A stretch of 64,000 nt of DNA from assembly GCA_041287245.1 (NCBI GenBank), contig JBEULP010000117.1:1-64000 (forward strand), given 5' to 3'. The stretch comes from Infirmifilum sp. GTDB taxonomy: Archaea > Thermoproteota > Thermoprotei > Thermofilales > Thermofilaceae. Both the position numbers and the translations under genes were made by a program. Shown here in pieces: positions 29,146 to 37,613 of the stretch; the first letter of the stretch is position 1; the number at the start of each line of letters is the position of its first letter. The notes below the pieces were generated by a model that had not been told where the DNA came from, did not search any database, and saw only the letters and a program-made list of their open reading frames with translations.

Positions 29146-30020
29146 GGATACTCACCTTCAAGTATAGACTGAAGGCTCCCTTTAAACAGTAGATAAAAGT
29201 TCCTCCTTTCCCCCTCCTCCACTAAAGAGAGGTGTTCAACCACAATGTATTTGTTTTCTAAATAACTATTAATACTCTCTCTAAATAGAAGCTTCCATCG
29301 ATATGCACACTCCATGCACTCCTGCCGAAGCATATTAATATCTCCAGGGAACTCAAGTAGAACAAGCTCCTTCGAGAAGTCTTTCAAAACTCTGCTAGCC
29401 ACCCTAACTCCACTTTCTTTTTTAGTGCTCAGGGCTGTAAACGCTAAATCCTTGACCTCATCATAGGTCGGAGCGCTGTCTCTCCCCTGCAGTCGGTCCA
29501 CAACCCTTTTACTCAAGACCCACCATTCAACCTTGAAGCGGTCTGTAGGAAGCCCAACATTGATTCCATCGGCTATCTCCCCGTAGTAATTTTCATAGAA
29601 TCGCCTCGAGATAACCCCCAGCTTTCCAAAGTTGAACCTCGCGTTCAGCCCTTGATGTGGGTCAAAAGTCCATATAATAACCTTGTAGCCTCTATCAACA
29701 CTCCACTTTCTCTGTCTAAGCTTTAACTCTAAGGCAATATTTCTACCTCTAAACTCCTTCTTCACACCAAGCATATGCGAGTAATGGTAGTAACCAAACT
29801 CTGGGTCAAAACCAATAAATCCAAGAACAAACCCGACAACCCTTCCCTCAGCCACCGCCGCTTCTAAGAAACCGCCATTGTCAAGTATAGCCTTCAACAT
29901 GTGTACGGGAACTGCCTCAGTATAGTCAGGCATTGACCAAGCATCTTTCATAACATCGAGTATCTGTCTCAAAAGTGCAGGGTCTGAAGGCACGGTGAAG
30001 AGAACTTCTCCCTGTGACAC
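29136..30020 (-). CDS. GNAT acyltransferase (D-amino-acid N-succinyltransferase-like)
   Basis: HYSHMLGV...RGRNIALELKLRQR, WTFDP...NARFN..KLG, YYG, TDRF..EW. Confidence 0.85.
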   Translation of the reverse strand: MSQGEVLFTVPSDPALLRQILDVMKDAWSMPDYTEAVPVHMLKAILDNGGFLEAAVAEGRVVGFVLGFIGFDPEFGYYHYSHMLGVKKEFRGRNIALELKLRQRKWSVDRGYKVIIWTFDPHQGLNARFNFGKLGVISRRFYENYYGEIADGINVGLPTDRFKVEWWVLSKRVVDRLQGRDSAPTYDEVKDLAFTALSTKKESGVRVASRVLKDFSKELVLLEFPGDINMLRQECMECAYRWKLLFRESINSYLENKYIVVEHLSLVEEGERRNFYLLFKGSLQSILEGEYPWR

Positions 30021-30130
30021 TCTATTGATACACGGAAATATTATAAATATTTTCCCAGCAGAGACTCGTGTTTCTATACCCACCGATAAAACGCGAAGCG
30101 TTTATATCCACTTAGCCATAATTATTCTGA

Positions 30131-30254
30131 GCCGGGGTGGCCGAGCGGACCAAGGCGGCGGACACTCTGCTAGTAACAAAGCCGCAGTTGAGCCTTGGGC
30201 GGGATATCCGTTGCCCCTAAGGGCGCCCGGGTTCAAATCCCGGCCCCGGCGCCA
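30131..30254 (+). tRNA. tRNA-Ser(TGA) with two introns (32/33, 24 nt, 30164-30187; 37/38, 13 nt, 30193-30205), encoded CCA
   Basis: Acceptor GCCGGGG/CCCCGGC-G-CCA; long variable arm; splicing gives GCGGA CT TGA GA TCCGT; BHB helices GCGG/CCGC and CTTG/CGGG. Confidence 0.88.
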
Positions 30255-30407
30255 CGTTTTGTCCTGTTATTTTGTCCTTTTTGGGTCAATGCGTAGGCGG
30301 CTTGGTCGTGCCCGTTGCCATAGGGGGTATTGTAACCTAAAAATGGCAGTAGGGAGCGGGGATGCGAAAAAGATATTTATTTGGGTTATCTTTACGGCAC
30401 AGGTCAT

Positions 30408-30884
30408 ATGTCTAGTGAGTTTAGGTACATCGTTCGAATAGCTGGCGTAGATCTCCCAGGCGATAAAGCTTTAGTGTATGCTCTCGCAGACATAAAGGGC
30501 ATAGGTTTTAACACGGCTTTTGCGCTTCTTAGGAAGCTCGGTTATGATCCATTTAGACTTCTAGGCACCTTAACAGATGAAGACGCTGAGAAAATTTCCA
30601 GTTCATTAAAAAGCCTCGACTCTCTCGGCCTCCCTGCCTGGATGCTTAATCGCAGGAAGGATCCCGCTACCGGTGTTGACAGGCACCTCGTGGCAGCAGA
30701 TCTACTACTCACCGTACGTGGAGATATAGAACAAATGAAAAAGATTAAGAGTTACAGAGGTGTGAGGCATATGTATGGTCTTAAGGTCAGGGGGCAGAGA
30801 ACCCGTACGACTGGGCGTACCGGTTTAACCTTAGGTGTTAAAAGAGGAGCTGCAAAACAACAGGAAGCTAAAAAAGGTGGTTAA
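30408..30884 (+). CDS. rps13: Ribosomal protein S13 (uS13)
   Basis: IKGIG, WMLNRRKD, GLKVRGQRTRTTGR. Confidence 0.97.
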   Translation: MSSEFRYIVRIAGVDLPGDKALVYALADIKGIGFNTAFALLRKLGYDPFRLLGTLTDEDAEKISSSLKSLDSLGLPAWMLNRRKDPATGVDRHLVAADLLLTVRGDIEQMKKIKSYRGVRHMYGLKVRGQRTRTTGRTGLTLGVKRGAAKQQEAKKGG

Positions 30885-31421
30885 ATGGGGGATCCTAGGA
30901 AATCTCGTAGGAAATGGCAGGGTCCAGGGCATCCTTGGAGAAAGGAGGTTCTAGAGGAGGAGATGAGACTCTTAGGTGAATATGGACTAAGAAATAAACG
31001 TGAATTATGGATAGCCGAGTCGCTTTTACGTGACATTAGGGCTAGGGCCAGGAAGCTCCTAGCTCTACCAGAGGAAGAAAGAGTTCCACTTGAAAAACCG
31101 CTTGTTTCCCGTCTCTATAGGCTGGGACTCTTACCAAGTGAGGGGTCTACTCTTGACGAGATTTTAAGCCTAACAGTACGGCACATACTGGAACGGCGCC
31201 TACAAACAATTGTCTATAGGAAGGGTTTAGCATCAAGCATGTATCATGCTAGACAGCTTATAACTCACGGCCATATAGCTATTGGAGGTAGGCGGGTTAG
31301 GAGCCCCGGCTATCTTGTTTCACGTGAGGAAGAAGATCTCGTGGCGTATTATCCCCTTTCTCCATACGTGAAAGTTACCCAGCAAGTTGAAAAAGGTGAG
31401 AAGGATGTCGGAGGAAACTAA
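30885..31421 (+). CDS. rps4: Ribosomal protein S4 (uS4)
   Basis: [32 protein letters not shown]. Confidence 0.97.
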   Translation: MGDPRKSRRKWQGPGHPWRKEVLEEEMRLLGEYGLRNKRELWIAESLLRDIRARARKLLALPEEERVPLEKPLVSRLYRLGLLPSEGSTLDEILSLTVRHILERRLQTIVYRKGLASSMYHARQLITHGHIAIGGRRVRSPGYLVSREEEDLVAYYPLSPYVKVTQQVEKGEKDVGGN

Positions 31422-31845
31422 GCCCAAGGAGCAACAAAAAGAACAGAAGGAAGCCAAGGCTAAGAGCGACGTTGGGATTGCATGGATCTACGCTAGTTAC
31501 AATAATACCATTATCCACATCACTGACATTTCAGGATCCGAGACGATAGCCATAGCATCCGGCGGGCAGATAGCCAAGGCGGACCGCGACAAGCCCTCAC
31601 CCTGGGCTGCAATGCAGGCGGCGATTAAGGCTGCAAAGATCGCCCTAGACAAGGGAATAAGAGTCGTACACGTAAAGGTTAAGGCTCCGGGGGGCTACGG
31701 CGCAAAAACACCTGGCCCCGGTGCTGGTCCAGCGATAAGAGCTCTGGTCAGAGCTGGCCTTATGGTCGACCGTATTGAAGACGTGACGCCGCTGCCAACG
31801 GACTCGATAAGAAAACCCGGAGGTCGTAGAGGCAGAAGGGTTTAA
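31405..31845 (+). CDS. rps11: Ribosomal protein S11 (uS11)
   Basis: [32 protein letters not shown]. Confidence 0.97.
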   Translation: MSEETKPKEQQKEQKEAKAKSDVGIAWIYASYNNTIIHITDISGSETIAIASGGQIAKADRDKPSPWAAMQAAIKAAKIALDKGIRVVHVKVKAPGGYGAKTPGPGAGPAIRALVRAGLMVDRIEDVTPLPTDSIRKPGGRRGRRV

Positions 31846-31847
31846 GC

Positions 31848-31908
31848 CGGATCAGACCGGAAACCTCTTCCTCATTTTTATTCAGAGCTGCAATGGATCA
31901 TCATCTCC
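31848..31908 (-). ncRNA. Box C/D 2'-O-methylation guide sRNA
   Basis: Reverse complement ATGATGA-TCCATTGCAGCT-CTGA-ATAAAA-ATGAGGA-AGAGGTTTCCGGT-CTGA. Confidence 0.88.
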
Positions 31909-32078
31909 ACTAATTCTCGTAACCCCCTTGCTTAGGATTTCAAAAAGCTTATCCTTAAACATTGCTGTCCGCATAGACTAGCTGGGAAACTCCTCATTAA
32001 GAGACCCGGGTTTCAACCGCACATATCTTTTTAACATGGTATCATTGAACATAAATATAGAGAATGGGTGGGTAATCT

Positions 32079-32918
32079 TTGCCTTGGATAGGGCTGGAAT
32101 CATCCTGCGTGACAAGGGACCTAGAGGACTATCTTAAAGGATACGGCTATACGATTCTTAGGACCTTTGAGATCGAGCTTTTAGTCAAGGATGTATGGAG
32201 AAAATTCACTGTTTACGAGGTAGTTGGGTTCGCTGAAGGTGTTGCAGAGATACTAGCTGAAACGTTCAACTGCCCCGCAATTGAAGCCGGGCCGCATCTC
32301 ATACTTGGTGAGGTCTCTGCTAAGCTATGGGATGAGGCTGTTAAGGTTGTTATGCCGTCGGGCGAGTCTTTTACGATTCCTGTTTATACCTATGATGGTT
32401 TTCTCGATATTAAAATGCCCACCTCTAAGGTAAGAGGTTTAAAAGGAGAGATTATAATCGCTGGTAAGACCTTCTCCTTGCCTTTAACCGAAAATGACTT
32501 CCATGAGCTAATGATTATGGATAGGAGAATCAAGGAGAAGATCGAGAAGGCTATCTCGGTTTATGGGGTGAAAAAAATACTTAGTGAGGATTTCCTTGGA
32601 AAGATCAAAGAGTCAGGAACAGGGGAAGGTATAAAATCAGGACGCCTCATGTACGAGATTGACGATTCAACCAAGATGGTTCTTTGCTTATATGAAGGAA
32701 AGCTTACATCGATGAACCTGCAACGCTTTGCCATATTTCTTGTTGAAAAGGAGCTATTCGATGAGCTAAGAGAATTTTCCAAGAAATTGGTACCAGCTGA
32801 TCGGAAGATTGTATTAAAAGCTTTACAAGAATACTTCGAGCTTTATGAGAATTCAATAAAACATCGCGATCGTTTAAAAAACATCATGGAAGAACTAGAG
32901 AAAAACGTTGAAAAATGA
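32079..32918 (+). CDS. Hypothetical protein
   Basis: 279-aa ORF with SD-like GGTGGG; no family recognised. Confidence 0.7.
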   Translation: MPWIGLESSCVTRDLEDYLKGYGYTILRTFEIELLVKDVWRKFTVYEVVGFAEGVAEILAETFNCPAIEAGPHLILGEVSAKLWDEAVKVVMPSGESFTIPVYTYDGFLDIKMPTSKVRGLKGEIIIAGKTFSLPLTENDFHELMIMDRRIKEKIEKAISVYGVKKILSEDFLGKIKESGTGEGIKSGRLMYEIDDSTKMVLCLYEGKLTSMNLQRFAIFLVEKELFDELREFSKKLVPADRKIVLKALQEYFELYENSIKHRDRLKNIMEELEKNVEK

Positions 32919-32992
32919 TTGGCTTAGTTAATTACAATGTTTTAAAGGCTACCTAGAAAAAATAAATATATGCGTGTCAAGAATAAAAATCG

Positions 32993-34198
32993 ATGCCAAA
33001 ATTAGCTACACGTACTCAAACAATTGTGAGCTCTCCCATTAGACGTATAGCTACCCTTCTTGACGAAGCCAGGCGTAAAGGCGACATTATCAGTTTCGGC
33101 GGAGGCGCCCCTAGCCTACCACCACCTCCAGAAGTGGTAGATTATCTCGTTGAAAACTTAAAGAAAAGCCCTCAAAAGACCGTCGCTTACGGTAGCACTC
33201 GAGGAATGCTAGAGTTACGTGAGCTTATTGCCCAGGATCTGAAAAAATACTGGAATGTCTCCTATGACCCCAAGGAAGAAATAATGATTGTTAACGGGGG
33301 GACCGAAGGGATTTACCTAGCTTTAGGGGCAATTCTCGAACCTGGAGACGAAGTTATTCTTATAGACCCAACTTATGTTGGTTACGCCGAGCCCATACGC
33401 TTGTTTGGAGGTAGAGTACGCCACGTACCTGTTAGGGTTGAGGAAGGTTACCAGCCTAGCATCGAAGAAGTGAAGAAAGTTGTTTCCCCGTTAACAAAAG
33501 CATTCATTTTGCTCTCACCAGATAACCCAACAGGAAGAATAGTAACTCCCGAGTTTGTAAGTGGATTAGTAAAACTCGCACAGGAATATGATTTCTGGAT
33601 CATCTTTGACGCTGTTTACAAGCATATAAGCTACGGGCGACCAACACCCTGGGTCGACTCCTTTCCTGGTGCCAGAGAGAGAACAATAACCATAAACAGC
33701 TTCAGCAAAGAAGCATCCATTCCAGGCTTTAGATTAGGATATGTCACCGCACCTCCCGAGGTTTTAGAGGCTATGGAGAAGATAAAACAGTATGTTTCAT
33801 TAGCCCCTGATACGCCGGGGCAAATAGCTATGATTAAGTTTTATGAAACCGGTCTAAAAGAACACTATTTAAACGAGATAGTTCTACCAACGTATAAAAA
33901 GCGCCGTGACCTCATGTATAAACTCATAATGGAATACCTACCTGACGCCCAAACTACATTGCCGGAGGGAGCATTCTACTTCTTCGTTAACATTCAGCGA
34001 TACTTAGAGGCAATGGGTCGAGATGACGAAGAATTCTCTAACAGGCTCTTATACAGGAAAAGTGTCGTCGTGATACCTGGTAAATATTTCGGAGAAAACG
34101 GGAAAGGTCACGTGAGAATGACCTTTGTAAGTGAGCCTGAGGAGAGAATAGAAGAAGGAATAAAGAGGATGAACGCCTACATCACAAGTTATCTTTAA
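32993..34198 (+). CDS. PLP-dependent aminotransferase class I/II
   Basis: PDNPTG, FDAVY, NSFSK...PGFRLGY, PEGAFY. Confidence 0.95.
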   Translation: MPKLATRTQTIVSSPIRRIATLLDEARRKGDIISFGGGAPSLPPPPEVVDYLVENLKKSPQKTVAYGSTRGMLELRELIAQDLKKYWNVSYDPKEEIMIVNGGTEGIYLALGAILEPGDEVILIDPTYVGYAEPIRLFGGRVRHVPVRVEEGYQPSIEEVKKVVSPLTKAFILLSPDNPTGRIVTPEFVSGLVKLAQEYDFWIIFDAVYKHISYGRPTPWVDSFPGARERTITINSFSKEASIPGFRLGYVTAPPEVLEAMEKIKQYVSLAPDTPGQIAMIKFYETGLKEHYLNEIVLPTYKKRRDLMYKLIMEYLPDAQTTLPEGAFYFFVNIQRYLEAMGRDDEEFSNRLLYRKSVVVIPGKYFGENGKGHVRMTFVSEPEERIEEGIKRMNAYITSYL

Positions 34199-34572
34199 GT
34201 AGATATTTTTGCCTCCATGATTTTCTTTTTTATATCTCTCAGAGTGTATAATAGCACGCCCAGCCTTGCATCTTTACTGAACAGAACCGCCATGTAGCCT
34301 ATCTCGCCTAGTTTTATGTATATTATGCCAGAGCCGTCCGGCGCGTTAACGGTGATCCAATCAGCCTCTCCCTTACCTAATTCAGTGCTCGCTCTATTTC
34401 CAACTTCGGATAGCACGGCAGTTAAAGCCGCTACCTTTTCCTCTAGATCTTTATCCGTTAAGCTGCTAAGGAGTGGAAGACCATCACTAGTAGCAACGAC
34501 AAATCCCTCAAAACCCGCTACACGAGTTACAGGCTCGATGAGCCGTCTTAAGACTTCAAGGTTAAGGCTCAA
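34195..34572 (-). CDS. Roadblock/LC7 (MglB-like) protein
   Basis: VVATSDGLPL, VAALTA, ELGKGE, ARLGVL. Confidence 0.9.
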   Translation of the reverse strand: MSLNLEVLRRLIEPVTRVAGFEGFVVATSDGLPLLSSLTDKDLEEKVAALTAVLSEVGNRASTELGKGEADWITVNAPDGSGIIYIKLGEIGYMAVLFSKDARLGVLLYTLRDIKKKIMEAKIST

Positions 34573-34628
34573 TTTTTACACCAAGGCTATACTCTGAATC
34601 CCTAAATATATGTTTAATTTGTAATATT

Positions 34629-35171
34629 TTATGTTAACCCGCCACTCCTAGAAGATAAAATAACTTCGACTACTCGGTTCAAGACTTTCAGAGCCGATTC
34701 TCTGTTGAGCGCGACTAAAGGCATGACAAGGTTAGGGTCTACGTTGAATATTTGAGCAACAACATTAGGTTTTATGCTACTTTGGAGATCCTGCTTATTT
34801 ACCGCTATAACATGTGGATAGTGTCCAAGACTTTTCATGTATTCATATATAGTGCGGGAACGCATGACTTGTAGCATGTTAGATCCGTCAACGATAAAAA
34901 TGTAGCCGTGCATTCCAGTGGAGAGAACACGCCACATAAATTGGAGCCGTGTCTGCCCAGGTGTCCCAAATAGATATACATCTATGCCGTTTACACTTGT
35001 CCGACAATAGTCGAATGCCACAGTTGTATATTGTTTTACCTGGGACTCATAAAGTGTGGAGACAGGTACCTCCGTCGTCAAAACCTTTCCTTGCGATATT
35101 GTTTTAACAAACGTTGTTTTTCCACTAGCATAGGGCCCGCTAACCAGTATTTTTAGATAGTTTCTTTGCAT
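34629..35171 (-). CDS. MglA-type small GTPase
   Basis: G1 GPYASGKTT, TTVAFD, G3 GTPGQTR, G4 NKQD. Confidence 0.92.
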   Translation of the reverse strand: MQRNYLKILVSGPYASGKTTFVKTISQGKVLTTEVPVSTLYESQVKQYTTVAFDYCRTSVNGIDVYLFGTPGQTRLQFMWRVLSTGMHGYIFIVDGSNMLQVMRSRTIYEYMKSLGHYPHVIAVNKQDLQSSIKPNVVAQIFNVDPNLVMPLVALNRESALKVLNRVVEVILSSRSGGLT

Positions 35172-35556
35172 CTACTTGACCCACCCCGGCTACTTTGACA
35201 AGTTCATCCTCGTACTTCCTTAAAACAAGGTGTATAAGCCCTAGGTTGGGGCGTGTGATTGATGATAAAGCTATAAAGGATCCGTCCACTGATGAAATAA
35301 TAACATGTTCACCGTTCTCAAACTCCACGTCGACCCTTTTAACCCGGCTCCCAAAAATATCTCCCAAGGCATCCAGGGAGCCGAGCGCAGCAGCTGATGC
35401 CACTGATAAGAACTCTGCTTGTGATTGATCGGGAGAGATGAAGGATACTGGTATCCCGTCGCGCCATGCGAAAACTATGGATGTTACCATATCATGTGTT
35501 TCCTTGATTATTTTAGCGAGGATTCCTCGAAGTTGTATTTCTTTCTCTGAGCTCAA
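35140..35556 (-). CDS. Roadblock/LC7 (MglB-like) protein
   Basis: WRDGIPV, SVASAA, VEFENG, PNLGLI. Confidence 0.85.
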   Translation of the reverse strand: MSSEKEIQLRGILAKIIKETHDMVTSIVFAWRDGIPVSFISPDQSQAEFLSVASAAALGSLDALGDIFGSRVKRVDVEFENGEHVIISSVDGSFIALSSITRPNLGLIHLVLRKYEDELVKVAGVGQVDAKKLSKNTG

Positions 35557-35571
35557 ACTACACCACCAAAG

Positions 35572-36318
35572 TTACATTATCTTTGATAACACATCTCTAA
35601 AATATTTTCCTATCGTTTCTCGAATTTCTTCGATTCTAGCCTCGTCCAACCCCAATCCGTCTTCAAACTCCAGGATACCATAAATAGTCAGATCCTTAAC
35701 ATCGCCAAGGCGGAATAGCTCGATTCGTCTATTACTTCTCACTAAAGTGGTTTTCTCCATATTTGATACCCGTAAAACTTCCAACAATTTAGGCGGTTCC
35801 TCGCTACATTGGCCATAGCTTTTCACAATATAGCCTTGTGACGTAATAATTCCCGCATATTTAACTTCTGGGAAATAAAGCCCTATCTCGTTAACATCAT
35901 TTATTTTCTTGATCTCGCGTGTTATAGGCCTAGCAGGCTTAGTATAGCTGCTCAGGGGTACGGTTTCAGCTGTTTTTCTTTTCTCCAATATATAGACCCT
36001 TCCCTCTAAAGCGGTAACTTTTGACTCTAACTGTGAAAACCCCTCTTGTATTTTATTCAGGCTGTTTTTAACAGCTGCTAGCTCTGAGGACAGTGTCTGT
36101 TGAGCTGTTTCAATAGAGCCAAGTTTTTCCACATATTTCTCCAAGTCCCCGCTCTTCTTAGGAGTTTGTGAGAGTTCGCGTACAATAAAACGTAGGAGAT
36201 AGATAAAGGCTGCCAAGACGCCGATTGAGACTCCTAAGGCTAAGATTGCAATAATGAGTGTTGAGGAAGTATCACTAACCAATTGGTAATGGAGGTTGGC
36301 ATGTGTATAATGAAGCAT
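35572..36318 (-). CDS. Single-pass membrane coiled-coil protein with Roadblock/longin-like C-terminal domain
   Basis: Hydrophobic LIIAILALGVSIGVLAAFIYLL; heptad repeats; C-terminal VKYAGIITSQGYIV alpha/beta domain; exact start uncertain. Confidence 0.7.
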   Translation of the reverse strand: MLHYTHANLHYQLVSDTSSTLIIAILALGVSIGVLAAFIYLLRFIVRELSQTPKKSGDLEKYVEKLGSIETAQQTLSSELAAVKNSLNKIQEGFSQLESKVTALEGRVYILEKRKTAETVPLSSYTKPARPITREIKKINDVNEIGLYFPEVKYAGIITSQGYIVKSYGQCSEEPPKLLEVLRVSNMEKTTLVRSNRRIELFRLGDVKDLTIYGILEFEDGLGLDEARIEEIRETIGKYFRDVLSKIM

Positions 36319-36417
36319 AAAACCTCTATGATAACTTAAGCTTTAAAATATATAAAAATATTCAACAATAAAAGATGAGTTCTCACGCACTCTAGCCATC
36401 TTATTTTAAACATCTTG

Positions 36418-37608
36418 TCAGCTATCAGATTCAATAGCGTTTCTTAAGAGTTTAGCCACGTCTTCAGGTGCGATTCTCACAACCCTAACTGAGTCTAAAA
36501 CTTCGATTCCTCCGATTCTCTCGAATGGGACGAAGTCTATGAACATGTGGAAGAACGACTGATAGCCAAACGGATTGCTGTAAATAAGCACATATCTATC
36601 ACGTACGACCCCAACCTTATCCATGGCCCTTGAGATCAAGATGAGTATTTCTGAAAGACCATCGATCTCACGGTCGTCAAGATCAGTAAGCCTCTCTACA
36701 TGCCTCTTAGGAGCTATTCTAACATGAAAATTTCTACGCGGAGCCGAGGTCGCCCATGCGATCCAAGTGGCATTCTCAAAGACTAGTCTCTCATCATGTC
36801 TCGAGGAACATATGTGGCATTTACCTCTCATCATGTCAAAAGCCTGGAGCACGTTCTCCATAAAGGCTCCGTGGCCGTCCTGATTGAGATCCATGTATGC
36901 CTGGGCGTGCAGTCTTGGTTGGCTCCCCCCAGCCATTAAACCAACATTAAAGAAAACATAAAGCGGGATTAGTGTAAATCCCCTCTTTTTAGCTTCTTCT
37001 ACACCAAAGCTAACCGCACTCAGAAGTGATTTAAACATAGCAGAGAGTGAGGTAACATCAGCCTCGCTAAAAGTTTCATAGTACGTGGATGCTGGGAAGG
37101 CAACAAGATTTATTCCATGCGCAATCCTGGTGTATTCATCCTCGATTTTTGGCTTAAGCTGTTCTTCTAACTGTTCATCTATGACTCTAACCATTGCAGG
37201 GTATCTGTTAACGATAGTTACTGCCGTTGCGTCTCTAACGTCAAGCATCACAGGCTCTGCGCTAAAAACACTGTCAAACCTATTGCGGTCGATGGAGATG
37301 AAGATTGCATAATCACGCCCCTCAAGTATCTCCTTGAATGTATCCTTTACCCTCTCAGTTCTTTCCTCTCCCCCCGGTCTGGCCGAGCGAATAGGGCTCA
37401 CATAGGAAAAGTGACCTTTCCATTTTCCGATTGGTATCATCTTTCCAGTAGCATCGGGAAGCAGAATCGGGGCTGCTGACAACGGGTCCCATTTTTTACG
37501 TGGGATAAGGTGTAGTTTCTCGCTGGAAAAATTGTGGCGGGTTATGATTCCCCAGTGCATGAACGGGATATCCTCAATCCTCATATAGGATTTTACGTTT
37601 TGTGACAA
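36418..37608 (-). CDS. GalT/HIT-superfamily nucleotidyltransferase-like protein
   Basis: VNRYPA, FNVGLMAGGSQPRLHAQ, CHIC, APKRHV, FHMFI, GGIE. Confidence 0.8.
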   Translation of the reverse strand: MSQNVKSYMRIEDIPFMHWGIITRHNFSSEKLHLIPRKKWDPLSAAPILLPDATGKMIPIGKWKGHFSYVSPIRSARPGGEERTERVKDTFKEILEGRDYAIFISIDRNRFDSVFSAEPVMLDVRDATAVTIVNRYPAMVRVIDEQLEEQLKPKIEDEYTRIAHGINLVAFPASTYYETFSEADVTSLSAMFKSLLSAVSFGVEEAKKRGFTLIPLYVFFNVGLMAGGSQPRLHAQAYMDLNQDGHGAFMENVLQAFDMMRGKCHICSSRHDERLVFENATWIAWATSAPRRNFHVRIAPKRHVERLTDLDDREIDGLSEILILISRAMDKVGVVRDRYVLIYSNPFGYQSFFHMFIDFVPFERIGGIEVLDSVRVVRIAPEDVAKLLRNAIESDS

Positions 37609-37613
37609 TTATA

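Noticed and set aside
30167..30173. Reading the tRNA at 30131 as Ser(GCT)
   Set aside because: CTGCTAG lies inside a BHB-bounded intron and is out of register with the anticodon stem; the two-intron TGA model gives a correct 7-nt loop
29995..30441. 148-aa ORF on the + strand
   Set aside because: It runs through tRNA-Ser and promoter regions; spurious
31965..32030. Possible H/ACA RNA on the minus strand (hairpin ending in ACA)
   Set aside because: No convincing lower stem, pocket or K-loop could be built
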